The translations under genes and the position numbers were made by a program. This document shows positions 8,465-18,432 of a DNA stretch of 20,000 bases, piece after piece. Every line of letters begins with the position of its first letter. Positions within the stretch are counted from its first letter, which is position 1. The notes below the pieces were generated by a model that did no database searches, was not told the origin of the DNA, and saw nothing but the letters and a program-made list of their open reading frames with translations. Source of the stretch: Enoplolaimus lenunculus (taxonomy: Eukaryota); contig JASANG010002922.1 of NCBI GenBank assembly GCA_030248215.1, forward strand, positions 417,439-437,438, written 5' to 3'.

Positions 8465-10902
8465 GTTTTGGTCAGCTTCACGTTTGCACGACGCTATCAC
8501 GGATTGCTACGCTAATCTACTGTGTCACAGGTATCCCGTTTCTCGTCTACGTTCTGTCTGATCTTGGGGGTCGAATATGTAACGCTCTGGTTTGGTTCTA
8601 CGCCGCATGCTTGCATCGTTGGGACTTGTTTATCAAATGGCAAAAACGGCGAGCTTATATGAAAAAGCGGGCCGTCGCCCTTGCACGACGCCGTGCTAAA
8701 TCGGCCTTACGGCGGCGAAAGGCCTTCAGTTTTGGCTCAGAAATTCCGTATATTGATAGCGAAGCTCCAAGCGAAGCTGAATCGGGTCTGTCGGTAATTT
8801 ATGATCCGGTTAAGATAGGAGGACCCGACGGTGGGCCCGTACCGGATATAGTTATCCGACAGACCGGGCTTGAGAGCGCTCATCGTAAGACAGACGCGGA
8901 GGCGTCTAAACAAAACGGCCGGCTGGTCTCAGACGGTCCTGGAACCGTAAACCCCGGCCCAGAGATTGATTCCAGCCTTAGTCCAGGCAGTCACGGCGCG
9001 GAAGATAACCGATCGAACGAACTCCGTGAACATTCGCTTAGCGCTGCTTATAATTCGAGTCCTCAGGAAACTTGCGAAACAATTCTCAGTTGCACAATGT
9101 CACCGTTGAATCCGCCTGACGTTGTACCATCGTTTCCGCCTCCGCCTTATCATAGTTTGCCGGGAATTAATTCGTATCCGGAGCCGCAAGACATCGAGCT
9201 TAGGGTTGGCGGTGGCTCAAACGTAGAATTGGGCAATAATCAACCGAATTTAAAAATATGCCAGTCAGCTGATGATTGGAAAGTGGCCGGCCGCCAAACG
9301 ACCCCCAGTATATCAGATCAAGACCAGCCAGTGGGTGTTCGATCAGCGGATTCTGCGTTTGGGGGCGATGCTAAAGACATCGAAACCGGGTTGACGTTGG
9401 CTGGCAGTGGTGAAATTGAACGAGAAAATGACATAGCTAGTAAAAAAGACGGCAATCAACTTGAAGACACAGAAGACGATGACGAGTACTACGAAGAATA
9501 TATCGAGGAAGAAACAGACAGTGATGATATGCCTGATTTGCCTATCTGGGTATGCTGTATTTTAGTTGTCGTTATTCTTATCTTAGTCACTGGTCACATG
9601 TACGGCGCTGACGAACATAGCGTTGGATTTTCGTTCTACTATACGTTGTTGTTTTTTGTGATGCAAGAGTATGAAGCGAGAGATTTTTCAAACACTGTGC
9701 CAACATACTGCCTGCTGATATGTGGGCTGGCAATTATTTCGACTGTCATTAATATAGTGATGTATAACATTGAAAATATGACCAATCGAGTACAGAAAAA
9801 ACTCGCGAGCGAAATTCGACGACGAAAAGCTGAACTACGAGCGCAAGGACTGGACGATGCTGATGTAGACCCGGAAGAAGTGCTGAAAGAGTTACTCGCC
9901 AAAGAAGGCGGGGTCCTTGCGCGTAACGCCCTTCCGAAATCAACGTTCAAACAGATGGAAAAAGTTGCCGAATCAACTGCAGAAGAAGTAACTCGAGAAA
10001 TCGCACAAGAAGAACAAGAACTGCAACAAGCGCAACAAGCTGCTCGCGAGTTTGTCGAGCTTGGCGTAGAAGTTTGCCCAGAAATCGCCGTCAAATCAAC
10101 TCAATCTGCTCAAATTGAACTCAACGAAATTGAAATCCAAACAGACGACGTACCAGTTGTTGCCGCTGTGGTTACAGTTGAGAGTTCGACCGATACCGAC
10201 AGACCTTGTATCCGGTTGGTTAGTAAATCGACCCAAGCAGACGGTGTAGGTCAAATTGCGATCTGTAGCGAAGCAACACAATGGCTGAGTGCTCTAAGAA
10301 GTGCTGAAACCTATAACGAACTCTACGAAGCGTTTGATCAACTCATTCAATGCGTTACTGATATAGTTTCAGTAGGTTTAGCCCCAGCTCAACCAAAACC
10401 AGATACCGAAGACCGGTGTGTGTCCCCGGTTGATCTTGTCGCATCAGGTTACTTTGTTGATTTCGCTACTCAATCTGGAATCGCCACCCTGGTCGAGACA
10501 CCATCACAAGCTACCGTAGACTGCGTAGATGCAGGCGTGTCTAATCGTCCTAAAATGCGAACAATTTCTATGCAATTTCCGTCACCCACAGCTGGAGCCA
10601 TTCAGCGGCAAAAAGACCTTCAGGCTCCTCGAGATGAACGGCTGTCAAGAATGACAATTGCAGCTATGAGAAAGGCGGTTTCGCGCCGTAAACCAGGTTG
10701 TTTCAGTGGAACCGGAACAGCAAGCAGTGGATCGATTGATATAAGTCCAGTAGGAAGTGTTGCAAGTATAGCGGAAACTTCCGGATCGAGCCCTGATGAA
10801 CCGTCCCAGCGGGAACAGGAAGACAGCGGCAGAGAGCGAGTGTTTAGTTCGGGAAGCTTTGGTGAAGCTAGCGAATGCAATGAACCTTGTGGAGAAATTT
10901 GA
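8465..10902 (+). CDS. K2P/TWK potassium channel exon 3: end of P1, M2, long loop, M3, degenerate P2, M4, long C-tail (full protein ~919 aa)
   Basis: Acceptor TTTGGCAG|GT completes TIGFG. M2 is RIATLIYCVTGIPFLVYVLSDLG (typical GIP motif), M3 LPIWVCCILVVVILILV, P2 helix SFYYTLLFF, M4 YCLLICGLAIISTVINIV. Stop TGA at 10900-10902. The three exons total 2760 nt in frame. Confidence 0.92.
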
Positions 10903-11269
10903 TTCGAAATATGTCAACAGGCCTTTGCGGTGGTATTTTTTACGAAATTTATTTGATTGATTCGCCCTCTAACGTGATGGTTCAGAAATGATTGGACGGC
11001 TGAAGGGCTCTATTTAGAATATACCCTGGTGGATATCTGGCAAAACGGTTCTGCGTTTATTAGAACCAGATCAAAGCAAGGAAAACACCAATTTTTCGAC
11101 TAGGAAGATTTGAAGACGATAGTGAAAGAAATGGTGGATACGCAAAAATTTGATTGGAAGTAAAAATGCCAGCTTTGCGTATGGATGTAAGAAAGATAGG
11201 TTTATTTGACACTAAGTTATTTTTAGCCAAAATACATTTGTCATTCTCAGGTTAACAATGGTAGAGTGT

Positions 11270-11620
11270 CAGGGTGCAACCAGAGGTGAAATATACTGGC
11301 GCTGGAGCCGGAGGCAACGATACTTGCCGGAGCCGGAGGTCAAGCGAAATTAGGTAGTAAAAATGATGGTTAATTAGTTACTTTTAGATCTGCAATATGT
11401 TGTTAAGTTGCTTAATTTTACGCTAAATTTTCTGCGAAATTTCGGAAATTCTTTCCTGAAAATTGTGACAGAAGTAAAACGAAACGCGATAAACACACAA
11501 ATTTTGCAAAATTATGCAAAATTTTACTACAGAAATTGCCGAAACTTCCGGCAAATATTCTACCGGAGGCCGATTTTCTGCCAGAGCCGGAGCCGGAGGT
11601 AGACCTCTGGTTGTTCCCTG
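11270..11620. mobile_element. hAT-family MITE
   Basis: TIR CAGGGTGCAACCAGAGGT / ACCTCTGGTTGTTCCCTG (16/18). 8-bp TSD TAGAGTGT/TAAAGTGT. GGAGCCGGAG subterminal repeats. Confidence 0.88.
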
Positions 11621-11744
11621 TAAAGTGTGTAAATTATTTGAAAACTCTTAATTTAATATTAAAATTTACCAATTTGAAGAAATATTTATGGATTTGACCA
11701 AATATTGAAAATGCTGAAGGGTTATTTTCTGTTATATGCATTTT

Positions 11745-11909
11745 GGACAATGTATAGAACACGGCTGTAACAGTAAAATAATTAGTTTCATAAGCCAAGC
11801 CTAAACCTAAATGTAAAAATGAGCTTATACCTTAGCCTAAATCTTAAAGCCTTTTAAGTTTAAGCCTGAGCAAAAAATAAACGTTCCGCCACTAGCCGTT
11901 ACGAGGGCC
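11745..11909 (-). mobile_element. TTAGGC-containing MITE, subfamily A, perfect 8-bp TSD
   Basis: GGACAATGTATAGAAC...TTACGAGGGCC. TSD TGCATTTT on both sides. Confidence 0.88.
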
Positions 11910-12222
11910 TGCATTTTTCAGAATATTTAGGATTCTGTTGTATTTAAATGGCGAAATATTTGAAGGTGAATGCTTTGGCGAATTTTAGTCTTTTTCACAC
12001 GTCTATCCGTACATGGTAGCGATAAGCAAACGCACATTTAATGAACGCGTTATAAATTGTAAATTAACAATTTATCTTAAAGGTGAAATATCTGTGCTGT
12101 GCAAAAGTTGCATTCTAACACGGATAAAATTTTCTGCTAAAATTTTGATGGTGTGGTAGAATCGATTTTTCATTTTTTACCTAGTGCACAAGATTGAATG
12201 TGGATGATGCATATACATTGTC

Positions 12223-12266
12223 ACGAGTTCTCGCTGCAAAAACATTGCACGTGAAAATATGGCTAA
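12223..12266. mobile_element. Solo end of the Harbinger-like MITE seen at 19219-19517
   Basis: CGAGTTCTCGCTGCAAAAACATTGCACGTGAAAATATGGCT resembles CGAGTTCTCGCTACAAAAACTTGCACGTGTGAATGGGGCT. Confidence 0.65.
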
Positions 12267-12517
12267 GTTGCAGGCCGTTGGTTCGCAAAAAAACTTCGAA
12301 TGCATTTATTTATCATTTTCATAAATTATGCAACATTTATAAATATATACGTTATTGAGCATAAAAACAAATAAGTCGATATTTGGCCTTTGATGCATTT
12401 TCTGTCCAGAACTTCAAATGTTTAATTGAAGATATTACCTTTACATAAGTCAATTTGTCAATTACAAAAGTAACTAATTGTGAACACTTGTCTAAATGGT
12501 CGCTGCATAATCTACTT

Positions 12518-12707
12518 GGTCCATGTTACTTTAAGAGGAGTCCAGGATTCTGGTGGGTCTATAAAAGAGTAGGTTTAGATTCTAGATTACTTTTTTGCTT
12601 AGGCTTCGGCTTAGGCTTAGGAACTCGTGTTTGCAACACTTAAGCTTAATCTTTATGCTTAGGAATACCTTTAATCTACTATTTCATCCTTAAAAGTAAC
12701 ATTGACC
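12518..12707 (+). mobile_element. TTAGGC-containing MITE, subfamily B
   Basis: GGTCCATGTTACTTT...AAAGTAACATTGACC. TSD ATCTACTT/ATATACTT. Confidence 0.9.
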
Positions 12708-12882
12708 ATATACTTGTTCACCTCTAAGGAAAGGTTAAAAATATAACATTTTCAGTTGCAATTTGGAAGTTTGCAGAGAGCTGATATAAGTTTCATTTTC
12801 AATTAAGCGATAACTTGTCTATTAGTTTTGCAGTATTGACTGTGGTCAAATGTGCATACAAATCCCTTGAGCTGAATTGTTT

Positions 12883-13007
12883 GGCCAATGTAAAGAACAC
12901 GACCGTATATCTAAGCCTAAGCTTAAGCAAAAAATAAGTCTAAAGGTTAAGCTTACTCAATTGCAGTCCTACATAAAAACGGTCCGCACCTGATCTATAC
13001 AAGGGCC
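12883..13007 (-). mobile_element. TTAGGC-containing MITE, subfamily A (internally deleted)
   Basis: GGCCAATGTAAAGAAC...ATACAAGGGCC. TSD AATTGTTT/CATTGTTT. Confidence 0.88.
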
Positions 13008-13320
13008 CATTGTTTTAGTATCGTTTTGCGCAGTTACATCAACCTTTTTGGATATAATTGACTCGATACTTAGAAAATTGTACCCGTAAAATATATTAAA
13101 ATACCTGTACAGACAAATTGACAGCAAATAAATATAACAATCTACGGTATGCTATCATCATTTTTAACCCTGTCATGTCTCAAAATTTACGCAGTTTTCA
13201 ACCAAACTGTTCCTTCAAATCGTGAATGCAAAATAAAGCTTAATATTATATTAACCCTTGTTGCAAACCACGGAATTGTAAGTTTCGCAATAAACCTTCA
13301 AGTATGGGTATATTACGTTC

Positions 13321-13495
13321 GGCCCATGTTACTTTAAGGGGCGTAAATGTTTCTGGTGGGTCTATAAAAGAGTAGGTTTACATTCTAGATTACATTTTTT
13401 TGCTTAGGCTTAGGAACTCATTTTTGCAACACTTAGGCTTAGGCTCATACTTAGAAATACGCTTAAACTACTGTTCCCTTAAACTAACATTGGCC
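13321..13495 (+). mobile_element. TTAGGC-containing MITE, subfamily B
   Basis: GGCCCATGTTACTTT...AACATTGGCC. TSD TTACGTTC/ATACGTTC. Confidence 0.92.
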
Positions 13496-13846
13496 ATACG
13501 TTCAATACGCTATACTCGCTGGCGGATCTAAAGGGGTCGCCCTGGCCATACCCCCAACAGAGATGAAAACCAAAATTTTGTGTTAAAATTTAGTAATACT
13601 TTTGTATTTGGCTTCTTTCTGGTTTGGTTTGCGAGATTTTTCCACTGTTATATATCGCATTACACCGTCAGATACTTTTATAGCCGTCACAGCTCGGAGC
13701 GCTTTATAGATCAACCTTTTTGGACATGAATGGGTTAAACAAAAACCGATACAATAAAAAAATGAATACAGACAAATATGGTTCGTGATGCACAATGACT
13801 CGACGTACTCGTGTTATAATGTATTTGCAACACAAATCAAACTCAT

Positions 13847-14047
13847 GGCCCGTACACAGATGAGGGGCGAAACCCATTTCTGCGGGACTGCAATCGTGTA
13901 AGCTTAAGCTTTACTATATTTTGCTTAGGCTTTAAGCTTAGACGTAGGCTTAAATTCATTCTTACGCTTAGGCTTAAGCTTAGGTCTAGACTTTGGCTTT
14001 AGGAGTATGCTTATATTACTGCTCCGGTCCTCTTCTATACATTGGCC
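13847..14047 (+). mobile_element. TTAGGC-containing MITE, subfamily A
   Basis: GGCCCGTAC...TATACATTGGCC with shared internal motifs. TSD not recognisable. Confidence 0.85.
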
Positions 14048-14284
14048 CTCGCTGTGCACAACCTATAAGTATGGTCAGATACGAAATAAACTAGAACACA
14101 AATCGTTATTTATTTTTAACGTACCGATAAATACTTAGCTAATAACTTTTATATGACTTTTTGGTAAAATTTCTAAAAATGAGCAAGAGCTTTTATTGAC
14201 CTTGACAAAAGGCGTTTGAAAGTAAGTCGAGATTTAAATGAAGGTTCCTAAGCCTTTTATTAAAATCTGAATGTTCGTGCAGTT

Positions 14285-14432
14285 CGACAATGCATAAAAC
14301 AGGGGCGGAACAGTATTATAAGCATATTCCTAAGTCTAAGCCTTAAGCCAACAAAATAATTAGTCTAAACCTTAGACTTACTCTATTCTAGTCCCACAGA
14401 AAAACGTTTCACCCCTGATCTTTACATGGGCC
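14285..14432 (-). mobile_element. TTAGGC-containing MITE, subfamily A
   Basis: CGACAATGCATAAAACAGGGGCGGAAC...TTTACATGGGCC. TSD GTGCAGTT/GTGCAGTC. Confidence 0.88.
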
Positions 14433-14701
14433 GTGCAGTCTAAGATTGGCCTTATAGATAAGCCGCTAATTAAAACACAGCAAAGTGATTTCTACAACTA
14501 AAATATCAACTTCTCAAGTGCTTCGTGAGCAGTATTTACCCGAAGATTCTTTTGACCCAAAATTTGGCAACCTACAGTCCATTTGTAACCGCGTCCTTAC
14601 CCTCCTAACGGTTTCCTCAGTTCGCGTTCTTGGACGGTACGCCCAGGTCCATTTTTCCAAGACCATTCCCCTTTTAAGTTAGCCCTCTCCATTTGGAGCC
14701 T

Positions 14702-14880
14702 TTATTTTTGAAATACATCGTCGTCCATGTCAGCGAACGAATAAAACGAATGCATTAACGCAACGGTTTGAGGTCCAACTTCCGGAACCAAGACCGGAAG
14801 CGGCGGACGTAGATTGCACACTTCCGACAAGATATGCTGGCGGCATTGATCACCGTAAAATTCTAGACTCACAACTGGAC
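14702..14880 (-). CDS. RP2: RP2 homologue terminal exon (GPVVSLEFYGD...HSFYSFADMDDDVFQK*)
   Basis: TTTTAG acceptor, phase 1. Matches human GPVIALEFNGD...DSFYNFAD. Stop TAA. The six exons total 885 nt in frame. Confidence 0.9.
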
Positions 14881-14887
14881 CTAAAAT

Positions 14888-14948
14888 TATATATATAAAT
14901 ATATATATAAATAAATAAATATATATACATACATATATATATATATAT
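14888..14948. repeat. (TA)n/TAAA microsatellite in the last RP2 intron
   Basis: TATATATATAAATATATATATAAATAAATAAATATATATACATACATATATAT... Confidence 0.9.
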
Positions 14949-14979
14949 TTAAAACAAAGTTTCCATTTGTTGATAGCTT

Positions 14980-15118
14980 GGCCCGCGTAATGATCAGGAT
15001 CGGAACGTCTTTCTGTGGGACTGCAATAGAGTAAGCTTATACTTTGGACTAATTTGTTTTGCTTAGGCATAGATAGGCTAACGCATTGGTGTAAAATCAC
15101 TCTTACGCTTAGGTTAGC
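14980..15118 (+). mobile_element. TTAGGC-containing MITE, subfamily A, right TIR deleted
   Basis: GGCCCGCGTAATGATCAGG start. Flanks GATAGCTT/GATAGCTG are retained although the right TIR is absent. Confidence 0.8.
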
Positions 15119-15417
15119 GATAGCTGCGTGTGTAGAGTTCTAGAGTGAACAATACAATCTAAAAATTCTGACAACAAAAGAAATAGTTTTTTCTAAATAG
15201 CGACTTTAAGAATAGCTCTATCAAAAAGATATCGCATAATAATTGCACGTCCAAATTTGAATTTTTTTAAAAATTGATTTGTCACTGTCTTAGACCTTAG
15301 GCGCCATGCCCCAGTTCCGCCTCTAGGCGAAATCTGCTGTATGGCAGTTTCGCGGCGATATGCGGTGCCAATAAATGTAGTAACATGAGTTAAACATAAA
15401 TAAAGACGCTGCTTACC

Positions 15418-15649
15418 CAGGCCCGTACCTCCGGCTTCGTCTCCGGTCGGATATTACAATATCCGGCCTTTGCATATCCGGTCACACGCTGGCAGCCAGA
15501 TCATATTGCTAGGGGGCTACAAATTTTCAGAAGGGGCATGCATGGGTTCCAATGACTTACAAGCAAGCTTGAAAATTTTCCTGGGATGGGTCCAAATTTA
15601 TCGAGCGTGGGCTGAGCCCTCCACTGGCCCCCTTGGCAACGGACCAGTT
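15418..15649. mobile_element. hAT-like MITE(s) at the start of the last RP2 intron
   Basis: CAGGCCCGTACC ... GGCCCCCTTGGCAACGGACCAG ends, internal ATATCCGG repeats, GCTTACC repeated on both flanks. Confidence 0.55.
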
Positions 15650-15656
15650 AGCTTAC

Positions 15657-15753
15657 CTCGTTTAACGGCATTGTTGTACACTTTGGAATATGTGACTCGT
15701 TCAGCGTCTGATGCAGACATTGTAACTTCTGCCGTTCGGACAAGTCTTATATC
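15657..15753 (-). CDS. RP2: RP2 homologue exon (DIRLVRTAEVTMSASDAERVTYSKVYNNAVKR-G)
   Basis: TTTGCAG acceptor and G|GTAAGC donor. Matches human LVQTKEVSMKAEDAQRV. Confidence 0.9.
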
Positions 15754-15776
15754 CTGCAAAAACCAACCGATACAAA

Positions 15777-15943
15777 CAAGAGTGGATAATCGCTATTTAG
15801 CAAGAGTGTGCAACTGGGGACATTCTGTGTAGAAAGAATATACCCGGCACGCGTTGCGTTTTCGCCCTACCCAACACCCGGTGGTACATTTTGTACCGTG
15901 CGGGACCCCATGAGTTGCATACACTTGTCATTATCCACTGTTG
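15777..15943. mobile_element. Unclassified MITE with CAAGAGTG termini (copy 1)
   Basis: CAAGAGTGGATAAT..CAAGAGTGTGCAACT / AGTTGCATACACTTGTCATTATCCACTGTTG. Homologous, inverted, to 19599-19842. Confidence 0.75.
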
Positions 15944-16116
15944 ATGTCAACTAAAAAAATTAAATTTTTGATAAAAGTATGCCTGTCACTGAAAAGTAGA
16001 CAACCAATGCGCCGTTCGAAGTCTTACTCCATCCCCAGGTTAAAGGTGTCTTTAAGCATAAAATTCTGTAGACAGGGGATGACGATTATTAAGCAACGTT
16101 AATTTCTTCGAAATAA

Positions 16117-16224
16117 AGGCTTAGGAATATGCTCATTTTTACGCTTAGGCTTAGGCTTAGACTTAGGCTTAGACTTTTGTAATATGCTTCTAATACTGTT
16201 CCGCCCCTGTTCTTTACATTGGCC
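16117..16224 (+). mobile_element. TTAGGC-containing MITE, subfamily A (right half)
   Basis: (TTAGGC)n...TGTTCCGCCCCTGTTCTTTACATTGGCC. Confidence 0.82.
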
Positions 16225-16271
16225 CATCTGCCGAGACCAGAGATAGTTCGAGTTCGAGTAAACCGTCTTAC

Positions 16272-16517
16272 TTTCATTTGAAGTGCACGTATCAGTGCGA
16301 TGATTGGTTCGCGGACGTTTCTAGGGCTCGAGTTTGAAAACCCATTGCTCGCTGGGGTGAAAATGAGCAAAAAACCGATTGACTCAAGTGGCGCATTGCG
16401 GTAAAGCGTTGGACACGTGAGTGGAATTAAACTTTTCTGGGACGAAATCGATACCACAGGGCAGTTGGGAACGGTGTCCAATTCGGCGAGCGAGATATAG
16501 TCGGTGACTGATGAAGT
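16272..16517 (-). CDS. RP2: RP2 homologue exon (TSSVTDYISL...VSISSQKSLIPLT...IIALIRALQMK), start of NDK-like domain
   Basis: TTTCAG acceptor and A|GTAAGA donor, 246 nt, phase 0/0. Similar to human VVQDYVPI...VSTEANRSIVPIS. Confidence 0.85.
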
Positions 16518-16740
16518 CTGAAACGTCAATTTCGGGTACTAAAGAAAACTTAGCTTTGAAGTCCTAAAAATGGTTTGAACTGGCGCAAGAATTAGCGGAT
16601 CTAAAAACCCTCTTACTTCTATTCAACTCTTGTCACATTAAGTAGCCTATGAGCAATTTAGTGCAAACTGTGTGCGCAAAACTGTAGACAATTCGCAGTG
16701 GGTAACACAATTACTACTACGTATATGCAGCACAAAATTT

Positions 16741-16842
16741 TTACAAGTGGTAAGAGCGCATTCGAGTTCAAGGGTTAAGCTTCCATTGCTGGATTGTGTT
16801 AAACTGCTACCACCTACGAGTCCCAGGTTCGAATCCTTGCTC
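16741..16842 (+). pseudogene. Degenerate tRNA-derived sequence (SINE or tRNA pseudogene) in an RP2 intron
   Basis: A-box-like AGTGGTAAGAGCGC (16746-16759) and perfect B box GGTTCGAATCC (16826-16836). No convincing cloverleaf. Confidence 0.4.
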
Positions 16843-17187
16843 AATTATAAGTCTCAGATCAAATAAAAAAATATTCATGTAAGAAAGCGTTAACTTGATG
16901 AATCTTCAATTTTGAACGATCCTGATATTTCTTTGCTGAGTGTATTCGGTTATTGTAAATTGATAAAATTGCTGATTTTCGTGTTTTCGTTGAGCAAAAT
17001 GATAATTTCTAACAATCAATATCACTGCCTCAAAGGGTTCAGCCCGCCTGGCTACAATGCAGGGTCTCGTGCTCCACGCCCTTCCAAAACTACCCCCAAC
17101 ATTATGAAAACTAACCGGTGGCATTATATTATAATGCTCTTTGGAAGGTCGGCGAGATGTGCTAGAACAGGTTCCGGTCACGCTTAC

Positions 17188-17285
17188 GGTCGAGTTTTTG
17201 CTCGAAACCGGCGATTGCGGACTCTGATCATAACAACTCCACCATCGATTATTGAATATGCTCAGACGGCAATCAGCAAATTGTT
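17188..17285 (-). CDS. RP2: RP2 homologue exon (QQFADCRLSIFNNRWWSCYDQSPQSPVSSKNST)
   Basis: ATTTAG acceptor and C|GTAAGC donor. Matches human [23 protein letters not shown]. Confidence 0.88.
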
Positions 17286-17848
17286 CTAAATATTGAAAAT
17301 ATTTCTTGGCCCATATTCTCAAATGTATGTAGCATCTGTCAACCAGTTGCCAATAGGTCCTGTAAACTTCTAAACCAGCCAATAGAGAGCTTCAAAATTT
17401 GTCACGGCACCTGATTTGCAGGGCATGTAGCCGAGTAGCAAAAGTGGACTATTTGTAGTTTGGAATAAACCACTTTTATGCCAGAATCGCTTCATCTATA
17501 TTATTAAAGCTGGAACGACTCATATACGTATTTTAGGCAGCGTTTATTTTTTAAGGTTGCAAATTTACAACCACGTTGACTGGTTAATATTAAAAGAGAC
17601 GAAAAACATCAGTTGATCTGGCGAGATTGTAGAAACAAATTGTTATTTTCGAGAAATTTCATTTTACCTGACCGTTTCTGATAAACATTACAAAAACGTG
17701 CATGCACCTCGACGTTAATCAATGATCTATGTTTAAAGTTAAAAATTACATTAATACTATGAAACTGCTGTTTTCAAAATAAAAGGCGGAACAACGTAGA
17801 CAATCGTTGCCGAAAAATTGTTAAACTGCATATATGTTTGCTTACACT

Positions 17849-18064
17849 GGCCGATGTAAAGATCAGCGGCGGAACGTTTTTCTGTGGGACTGCAATAGAG
17901 TAAGCTTAAGGTTTAGACCAATTTTAATGCCTGGTTTAAGGCTTAGGCTTTAGGCTTAGGCTTAGGATTAAGGTCATTTTTACGCTTAGGCTTAGGCTTA
18001 GACTTAGGCTTAGGCTTCGGAATGCGCTTATAATACGGTTCCGCCCCTGTTCTTTACATTGGCC
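17849..18064 (+). mobile_element. TTAGGC-containing MITE, subfamily A
   Basis: GGCCGATGTAAAGATCAGCGGCGGAAC...GTTCCGCCCCTGTTCTTTACATTGGCC. Flanks TTACACT/GTACACT. Confidence 0.9.
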
Positions 18065-18259
18065 GTACACTTCGAAGTATGTGTATTGAATTCCACCAGG
18101 CGGATATGGCTTATACTCTTCTTTTTGAGGAAAAAAACCAGCTGCGATCCGGGTGGACACTATTTCTCGGGGACACTATTTGAAGCCCAATCCAAGCTAA
18201 AGTATCTGAAACCACCGTTACTATTAATACAGAACAAAACAAAATTCAGCTGAACTCAC

Positions 18260-18432
18260 GTTTAAGCTGAGGATAATTGAGTTGAAGGCAAGCGAAATTA
18301 ATCTGAGTCGAATGAACAATGACCGGCTCCAGTGTTGAGTGTAGAAATATTGTTAGCGTTGCGCAACTTTCGGACCAAAATTGATTGCACATTGCAGCAA
18401 ATTGGCAACTTGTGCAGTTGGTTGCAAGAACA
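18260..18432 (-). CDS. RP2: RP2 homologue exon (VLATNCTSCQFAAMCNQFWSESCATLTIFLHSTLEPVIVHSTQINFACLQLNYPQLK)
   Basis: TTTCAG acceptor and C|GTGAGT donor, phases 2/1 consistent with neighbours. Ungapped match to recalled human [56 protein letters not shown]. Confidence 0.9.

Noticed and set aside
9639..10917. Minus-strand ORFs of 61-151 aa
   Set aside because: Antisense shadows of the channel exon with no independent coding signal.
16741..16842. Functional tRNA gene
   Set aside because: A- and B-box-like motifs are present, but no acceptor or anticodon stems could be paired.
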